From Macrostomum lignano (lineage: Eukaryota), in NCBI GenBank assembly GCA_002269645.1, contig NIVC01001059.1, positions 1 to 64,000 on the forward strand: a DNA stretch of 64,000 nucleotides, given 5' to 3'. Position numbers and translations under genes: made by a program. Under the pieces are notes generated by a model. It had not been told where the DNA came from and did no database searches. It saw nothing but the letters and a program-made list of their open reading frames with translations. This document shows, in pieces, positions 12,201 through 21,200 of this stretch. Positions within the stretch are counted from its first letter, which is position 1. Every line of letters begins with the position of its first letter.

Positions 12201-15200
12201 AGATAATAACTACATGTAACATACGCTCGAAGTTGTTATAGTAGTGGTAAGATCACCAGGGGAAACAGATAACTGTAAAAATTTTCTCATGTTACTTTTC
12301 CTATTTTTTAAAAGCAGAATAAAATTTCGTTTTTGTTGCATGTACGATTTTTTGTTTCATCCTTTATTTTTTGTTTCTTATTCTTTTCCGCTTTGCATTC
12401 GTTTTCTTTTCGTGTGTTTCGATTGCTTGTCGGCCAGTGTTTAACGTTTTTTAGAAAAACAAATATATCAAATAAAGTGCAGACAATCCCCCTAAAATAT
12501 TATAATGCTGTTCGATATAAATTGTACGTTTCAATTGCATATCAGCTAGTTGTTTTCTCATCATTGGTTATTTAAAAATGCGTCCATGCAGCCAAAAAGC
12601 AAGTTTAATTGCAATTCCGTATTTAAATCTATGTACAGTACTAAATATACGCGATCTCGTTTTCACCTCGTTTTTATGACTCTGTCACGAGGTCGAATCA
12701 ACGAGGTCGTTACGCCGGAACATTTAGTATACTCGTTACGAGATGCCAAAATGAGGTCGATTCGAGGTCGCATTGACCAGTGGGGATCTGTGCCTTACAT
12801 GTGTGTTATTGAAATACCAGAAAACTGTGTGTTATTGAATCGTTAGTTCAATATTATATGTTGTTTTGAGAAATAATTAATTAGTTATTATAAATTATTA
12901 ATATTAATTATTTAATTAATTAATCGGTCAACAATAGTTGAACATACCTTGAAAATGTATTTTATCAGTTAAAATACTGAATATTGCACAGTTTAGCGGA
13001 CAGTATGCAGTTAAATAACGTGCTTTCTAAACTTCTATAACTATAATTCATTATCCCAATATCTCCCGTAGTTACAGATATTCTGTGGTTACATGTATAG
13101 ACATTTAAACCAGCCCAGATAAGCAAGCTTGAATTAAATGTATGGATCACGACCTAGGAGTACATGTACACTGTATGGTGCATGTATTTAGTTACTGCAA
13201 AACGTATACGACTCCGGGGCGCCGGCGTCAGCCAGCAGGCAGTAGACGACAACGCCGAGTGCGCCCCCCCGCCGGTAGGGTGCCTGCAGCGTTAACAGCA
13301 GTACCTCCTGCACCGGCCATGGGCAGTACGACTGGGTGTGGATGATGTGGCTTTCCAGCTGGAGTTGCCGACGGTGCAACAGGTCGCTTGGACGGACCAG
13401 GCTGGCGCGGTAGATACAAAGCCGCATTGGTCACTCGATCGCTCGTATCTGTAGGTTTGGACTCGAATGATGGAGCAGAGCAGCAACTGCGACAGCCTTC
13501 AACGACTATAAGACACATGCGGCACCGACTTCAACGCCGGTCTGAAATCGACGATGGCACCAGCGATGGCGGCATTTTCCCGCATCATTATCCACACCCG
13601 CTGCCGCTGCAGCCAGCTCCTGTCGCGGCGATCAACTGACTGTCAATAGCATCGTCTTGCCAACGCCGGAGCCGATGCTGTGGCCATTTCAACAATCGTT
13701 GTATCGCCACAGCCTGCAGTTGCACCAAATGCGCTGTCGAAATGTGCAAAAAGTTTTCCTGTGCCGCCAACTCCGTCCGAGGCCAGGCGGATACCAAAAA
13801 GTGTCGTCTATCTGTATCACCCTTCTGGTGTCGGCAAGACGCACTCCGTGCACAGGCATCACTGAAATAATCAAGTTATCAATATATATCCGAACCGGGC
13901 TAGGGCAAAGTTGTTTATGGCCGTTTGGACACGTCGGTTCACACCGTGATGTACAATGCGTAAACCATCTATGCCTGGCATTATTTGACGATAAATCGGA
14001 CGCGAGAGTAGGCACATAGGCGGTCGTCCTGTGGTAGTCATCCACGTTGGAAATTCCATGCACCGGATTACGCTGGATTACGCATGCGACGGTAGCTGCG
14101 CGCCGCACAGGGACTTCTACGGCAATCATATGATTGGCTGGACTTGTGCAACTGTACAAAGACTATACATTGTCCTCGTCAGACACGTTCTTTTGAGCTG
14201 CAAAGCCACAGCGAGCGACGTGGCACAGAGGGCGGCGCGCAGGTAAATAAGCGGGTGAGCAAACCCCCCACCCCACGGAGGGGTAGAGAGGACGGCGCAC
14301 AAAGGCGCGGCACAAAGAACAGTGCGAGGAGGGGTGAATGGCTAACACCCATTTCACCCCAGGCTCACAAAGGAGCCCTAAGAGAAATGGCGGCAATAGC
14401 GTTTTGGGAATTGTTCGCTGTTTGCTTACTGTCATCAGTAGTATGCATGCCTTCATAGACGCACTCTGTGCAGGTGTTTTTATTTTTTTACTGCGTCGAT
14501 TTTTTTTAGTTTGTGTTTGGTTCAATTTTTCCGTCCCTAATTCAGAGTACTTGCTGCTGAATAGTTTGCCAAGATTCATATAATTGAACTTTATACATGT
14601 CCCGAATATTTTGATCTTTAATGTTTTTTACATGACTCGTTGCAAAGCGCGAAAAAGGTGTACATACCGTATTACCGTGTTGTTGGTATAGCTAAAACAA
14701 GTCAACTCGTTAAAGGAGTCCAAAATCCATGGCACCGATTTAAACAAAGTTCCCGCAAATAGTCTTTATGCCAATGATACGCTGGTACAACCGAATGGAA
14801 ATTAGAAATTATACTCTTCTATACCATAACAGCCACATCAAAGCACTCGGTCGGTCAAGACCACACGTCACGGCGTCACGGGAAACACCTCAGGGACTGG
14901 GAGCGAATGAATACCGCGATACCGACAGAATCCAGGGCCGAGTCCTCGCCGGCAACGGGGCAATGTGCCCAAATCTGGCGTCGCGCTACTATCTGTTAAA
15001 TCGACTAACTCTTCGAAACCGAAAAATAACTAAGTAGGCAAAAATCGGATGCTTGTAGCCTTCAATACCTCTGCGTTCTCGCGCAGGCAAACAAAACAAC
15101 CAAGTTAGCAAAAAACACGCTGACCAAAAATCACGCCCTTTTTTAATTATTATTTTAGTATATAGGATTTAACGTGGGGTGGGGTTAGCAAATCGAGGGG

Positions 15201-18200
15201 GGTTGGCTCATGTACATTAAATAAAGAGAAAATACATGTACAATTAAATAAGTAAAACCCCAAAAATATGACAAAAAATGAACCTCCAGAACATTCCCCC
15301 CTTCCTGATTGCAAAAAAAGCAGAAAAAAATTGCCTCCTTGAAACTTACGTGCAATTAATTGAAACGGTTGCAAGCATAATTCGAAAAAAAAACAGTAAA
15401 CTCCTGTAAACAAAAAAAATAAATCGCGCGAAATCAGAAATTAACATTAAGAACGCATGCAATGTGAAGTGTCAATTGGGATCAAAAGATAGTGTGCCAA
15501 ATATAAACCTTTGCAATCGCTAGATAAAAAATGTCTTGAAAACTTCAATAATCTCTAACTGTAAACATATGAAAAATATCAAAGCACAAAATCTGCTAAA
15601 AGAACTCGCATTCAAGCAAGCAACAGGTCTTTTTACTCAAAATAAAAAAACACAAATACGCAAAAATAAGCAATCCATCACCACTTCAGCTATTAGGAGC
15701 AAAAAACGGCAAATAATGACACGAAAAAGATAAATAATTCCAAACACCATAAACTAGCCGTCAAAAAACTACATATTTGAAAAGTTTTGTTTAGCATCGA
15801 AAAGTCCATTTTTGCAATAAGTCAACAGTCACTGTTCACCTCGCTGCAGCAGACACAACTTCGTCACGGGTCGCAGCACTGTCCCACCGCCAGTCCGCCA
15901 GTCTAAATCGAGCGCATCTGCCACCGTCTGGGCGAGTCGCACGCCAAGCACCGCCGCCATGAGCTCGAGTCTGGGGATGCTGCATGCTGCCAATGGAGCT
16001 ACACGTGCTTTTGCGGCTACAAGACGAACACAGATTTCGTCCAGGCTTGTGGCGCTCCTGAGATAGATTACCGCGCCGTAAGCCACCTGAGATGCATCCA
16101 CAAAGACGTGTAGCACTGCCTTTTTGGTAGGATCAGGCCATAGACATCGTGGAATTTTCAGCATGCTCAACTCTTTAATCTCCGCTGCCCATTGCGTAGC
16201 CTTCGCGGCAACTTGCTGGTCCAAGGGCTCATCCCAATCCGCTCCATTTTGCCTGCCAAATCTCCTGCAGAAGAATTCGCCCGCGAATTGTAAATGGACT
16301 CAGAAACCCGCATGGGTCGAACACCATCGCAACGCGCTTGAGCAGCTGTCTTTTCGACTCAACGGACACTTCCTTCGCACCTGCATTTCCCGTGACCGCG
16401 AGCATATCATCATTGGCTGTCCAAGTCACTCCCAACGCCTTCGACGTCGCCATTTCTCCACGAAGCACGTGCTGCGCTTTCACCGCTCGATCCTCCGGAG
16501 CTACTGTCTCCAACACCTCAGACGCGTTCGACATCCATTTTCTCGCACGCATGCCGGCTTTTTCCCACAGAGCTGTCAGTTCGCGGCGCAACTGGATAGC
16601 TTCATGGACGCTGTTCACTGAGTCCAAACTGTCGTCCATGTAGGTCGACTTCAGAATGGTTTCTGACGCTCTTGGAAAAGTTTCCTGATGACTCCTAGCA
16701 TGCTCCTGCGACACGAACTGAGCAAGAAACGGCGAACAATTAACTCCAAAAACGACACTCTGAAACTCGAATACCTCAAGTTTGCCCGTTTCGGTCCTGT
16801 CTCGCCACAAAAATCGAAAGTAGCGCCGATCTTCTGGCTTGAGGCGAATTCTGAGGTACATCTCTTCAATGTCGCAAACGATTGCCACTGGACCGCGACG
16901 GAATCGAAGGAGCACTTGAAATAGGTCGTTCTGAAGCTTCGGTCCTGGAAGGATAACGTCATTGAGACTCACTCCTTGGCAGCGCGCGGAAGCGTCAAAC
17001 ACAATACGGACCTTGGTGGTGTCCTTGTCTTCTCTGATTACCGGAAAATGCGGCAGGTACCATTCGGTGTTTTGCAGCTCACTGCTGTCTTCGACCTTCT
17101 TGAGATAACCTTTTTCCAACTGGCCTTCAACACCTCCTGATACGCTTTTGGCAATCCTTCACTCCTCTGCAGTCGCTTCTCCGTGCTGATCAGTCTGCGT
17201 TCCGCAGCTTCGCGATTACTCGGCAGAGCACGATTTTGAGACTTCCATGAAATGGCTACCTGATATCTTCCTTCCACCACCGACATCGACTCCTTGACTA
17301 CCGCCACAGCACGCTGCTGATCCGCAGTTAACGTCCCTCTTTCGCGGTTCAGCTCAGCTACATCAGGAACTTCCTCGATCGCCCACAACCTTCGAACCTG
17401 ACTGTCGACCTGATCTTGACACTCGTGGCAGAGGAACGATTCCCCGCTCTTGCTGCTTCCCTCATCCGAACCTAACTGCCCGATGCAGGTCCATTCAATA
17501 GGAGTCAGTCGAGCTATTGGTTCCCCTGGCATTCCACAGACTTCTTTGCAAGCCAGATGCATCTCGGCATTGTCGACACCGATAAGCATGTCAACCGTCT
17601 TCCGGCTTGATGTTGACTCAAACGGAATGCCTCTCAGATGCGCCCAGTGCTCCGCCAGTTGACTCCAATCAACTGCCTTCATTCCGCCGGTTACTTTCTC
17701 CGCTGTGAAAGCAACAATTTTTGTCTCAAACGCTGCATCGACACTCCGGACTGTCACCTCTACAGGCGCTGTTTCAAACGACTCGACTCCTCCGTTGAGC
17801 ACCTTAACGTTTATGCGCTGAAGTTTACCTTCGAGTCCCAGCTCTGCTGCTACGTCCGCATTGAGGTACGTGCGCGTACTCGCATCATCAAGCAACGCGT
17901 TGATCCGAACTTGGCGCTCACCAGCCACCAATATCACCGGCACCGTCCTCAACGCGCAGTTTCCTTTACAACTTCAGCCAGCATAGTGCGCTCCTTCTTC
18001 GTCGCTGCTGATATGTCCTCCGCGGGTTTTCGTGCCTTTCCTTCGCCGCCTCTCGTCACTGCAGCTGCTGGTTTCGGCTCCCGCTTCTGGTGAAGCATTC
18101 AATGGTGTTTTCCCTGGCAATCATCTACGCCACAGGTTCTAGACCGCCGACAAGCTAAACCAGAGTGATTGACGCCGAGACAATGAAAGCACAGCTTCTT

Positions 18201-21200
18201 CTCACGAGCAACGGCCCATCGCTTCACTACATCCATCTCCGCAAACTTCGGGCACTCCCAGGCGCCATGGCTTCCTTCACAGACACGGCAGTTTTCTTGC
18301 GCTGCTCATCGGCTCTCGTTGACTCCGCGACAGCGCCAAAATGCGTTCGAGCTGTTTCCGTGCGCTGCATCCCGCTGAATTTCTTACTTTGCTCCATCTT
18401 CCCTGCTCCTGGCCCATTCTGTGCCGCAACTCCATGCACTGCCTCCATAGCAACCGTCTGATACTCAGCCTCCCGCAGCAGCCATTGATGAAGAGCGCTG
18501 AGCGTGTCATTCCTGCCATTCTCCCCGACCCATCGGTGATACCGTGCCAGGGTGTCAGTCGGCAATTTCTTTTGCACGCGAAGATGAAGCAATCCATTGC
18601 TGTCTAGTTCAGCTTCACGACCCGCCTCCATCAGATTGACAACCGCTACATCCACCAGATCAGCCAGCTTCTTCAACTGAGGCGCGCTCTCCGTCACAAT
18701 TGGCCGAAAACGGTCCAAGTCCTCCAACACTAGCACCAGCCGGCGCCGCTCTCCTCCATATTCTCTCTCCAACCTATGCAGAGCCGCCTTGTACGCAAAT
18801 TCAGAATGCCCTAGGTTGGCTATTAGCTTTAGCGCATCGCCCTGCAGACACTGCCTCAGTTGCAATAGCTTGTACACTCGAGAGGAGGGTGCAGCATCTA
18901 CACACGCGTAAAAGGCCGCCTTCCACCCCTCGTATTGACGCTTATCACCTGAGAAACTGGGAATCGCCACCCGCTGCAATTGCCGCCACATGTCCTGACT
19001 GACCTGCCTCTCCGCTTCTTCTCTCACCCTCTGTGTACACTCCTGCTGAACGATTGGCTCTCTGAGTTGCCACTGTACACTGGCTGACTGTGAGGTGGCT
19101 GGTCTGGGTGCAGGGTTTTGCTTTATCGATCGCTCGCCTGACCCCCCTTCGTGGGCAGTCCAATCAGCTTTTTCACTCCTCTCTGGCGCAGCGCTTACAC
19201 ACACCTCAGCCCCAATCGGCTGTTCAACCAAACCTGAACCTGGGCTAGCCCTTTCACACGGGCTCTCTGCCTTAGTGCTGCCAGTAACAATTTTCAATCG
19301 CCTCAGCTCCTCTGCCAACTGCTCATGCCGTTGTTGATAGTCTCTCTCTAGCTCTCTCTGCACCTCTTCCAACTCCAGCGCTCTGTGCTCTGCGGCTTGC
19401 ACTTTTCGCTGCTCTTCCTCACGCCTCTGCTGTTCTTCAGACTCCGCCAAGCGATCCTGTTCCTCCCTCTCAGCTGCTTCACTTCTGCTACGATCTTTCC
19501 AGAACTCGGTCATCAGACCCACAGTCTCACCGTAGTCCTTTTCAGCATTCTCTAGCTCCTTGATCGTTTGGCGACGCAGTGGCAGCTCCAGCAGCTTCTC
19601 CAGCTCAGTTGTCACAGCCTCGAACAGCTTCTCCATGAGAGTCGCTTGCTGTTGTACTTCGGCGCCGTCTTGACCACCAGCAGCGAGTTGTTGCACCAGC
19701 CGGTTTCTTCCTTTGGTGAATGCGGCCTTCGCGCCCATCAGCTTGCGTTCTTCCTCGTCAGCCGGCGGGTAGTTCGACTCGAATTCTTCTCCGTCCTTTT
19801 GCATTTTTTAACCACGCTCTGCTACCAGTTGTTAAATCGACTAACTCTTCGAAACCGAAAAATAACTAAGTAGGCAAAAATCGGATGCTTGTAGCCTTCA
19901 ATACCTCTGCGTTCTCGCGCAGGCAAACAAAACAACCAAGTTAGCAAAAAACACGCTGACCAAAAATCACGCCCTTTTTTAATTATTATTTTAGTATATA
20001 GGATTTAACGTGGGGTGGGGTTAGCAAATCGAGGGGGGTTGGCTCATGTACATTAAATAAAGAGAAAATACATGTACAATTAAATAAGTAAAACCCCAAA
20101 AATATGACAAAAAATGAACCTCCAGAACACTATCATTCCCCTCCTCAAAAAGGCAAACCGGCCAGCTTGACCACCTCCTACCACCCAGTGAGCCTGCCTG
20201 ACCTCCAGCGTTATTAAGCTCCTGGAACGCATCATCTCCAACCGCCTTTACTTCCTCGCTGAATCGCGAGACTGGCTATGCTACCAACAGGCTGGCTTTC
20301 GCAAACATCATGGCTGCGAGGACCTCATCCTCAGCGCCGTCCAAGCCATCAGTGACGGCTTCCAGACCTCACTATACTCAGGTCCCTCGTGGCGCTCTTC
20401 GACTTTTCTCAACTTTTTGACCGTGTCTGGCGGCAGCATCTGCTGGGCATCCTTCTCGATCTAGGCACCTCGCTCCAGCTGGTCCGCTGGCTGTTCGCTT
20501 TTCTTTAAAATCGTGAGGCTCGCGTGCACTTCCAAGGTGGCACCAGCCGCTACCATCGCCTCGAGCAGGACCTTCCCCAGGGATCGGTCCTCTCGTCTCT
20601 CCTCTTTATAATCTACATCAACTCCATTTCGTTACGCATCCCCCGGAGATCCAACTCCTCATGTATGCTGAGGATGTCGCCATCCGTACGCAGCATCGCG
20701 ACAAAGCTGTCGCTGAAGCTTCGCTCCAACGCGCGGCGACTGCTATGTCCGACTGGAGTCACGAGCACAAGATGTGCATCAACCCAGTCAAGAGCGAAGT
20801 CTCTTTCTCGACTGACGTTCACGAGGCGCACTGGCAATCACGGCCAACGATGTCGCCCTCCCTTTCAACGCCACTCCTCGATTTCTCGACGTGTATCTAG
20901 ATCGCACCCTAGATCGCCTTCACGAAGCAAGTCGCAGAGGTCTGCCGCACCGTCGTCTCCCACTCCCGCATTCTCATGTGCCTCGCTGCAAAGGACTGGG
21001 GCTGGCACAAGGACAGTCTGAGGACGGTCTGAGGAGGGTTGCAGCGCAGCGTGCTTCACTGTGCAGCCCACGCGTGGCACCCGTAGCTCTCGTGCACCTC
21101 CACCGAGCGCCTTCAACGCGCTCAGAACCAGGCCCTCGCTGCATCACTGGCCAGCACCGCAGCACGCCAACTGAGGCTCTGCACCTGGAAGCTGGAGTCT

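Larger units (their letters stand above)
3572..12785 (+). mobile_element. CMC-EnSpm/CACTA-superfamily DNA transposon, about 9.2 kb, two genes
   Basis: Terminal inverted repeats CCCCACTGGTtcacaCGACCTCGAAaCGAC (from 3572) and GTCGAtTCGAGGTCGcattgACCAGTGGGG (to 12785). Several subterminal ACCTCG/CGAGGT motifs at both ends. Internal EnSpm-type transposase and DUF4806-like gene. Flanks are GT and AT, so a 2-bp TSD matches only with one mismatch. Confidence 0.85.
14994..20129 (-). mobile_element. BEL/Pao LTR retrotransposon, internally deleted (integrase lost), recent insertion
   Basis: Two 300-bp TG...CA LTRs (14994-15293, 19830-20129) identical by eye; 5-bp TSD CTATC (14989-14993, 20130-20134); PBS, PPT and gag-PR-RT-RNase H present. 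Confidence 0.97.

Noticed and set aside
3575-12782. Classical plant-type CACTG...CAGTG ends with a 3-bp TSD
   Set aside because: The flanks would be CCC and GGG, which are inverted rather than direct, so they belong to the TIR
13790-14000. CRESS-virus Rep or SF3 helicase from VVYLYHPSGVGKT and LALFDD
   Set aside because: The motifs are in different frames separated by stops, and no HUH endonuclease motifs are upstream; kept only as an unexplained island
920-14940. Whole AT-rich block as one Helitron or Polinton
   Set aside because: No TC...CTRR ends with a subterminal hairpin, no long TIRs, and no Rep/helicase, PolB or integrase ORFs seen
19810-19827. tRNA-Met gene
   Set aside because: Only the 18-nt 3' end including CCA is present, adjacent to an LTR; it is a PBS
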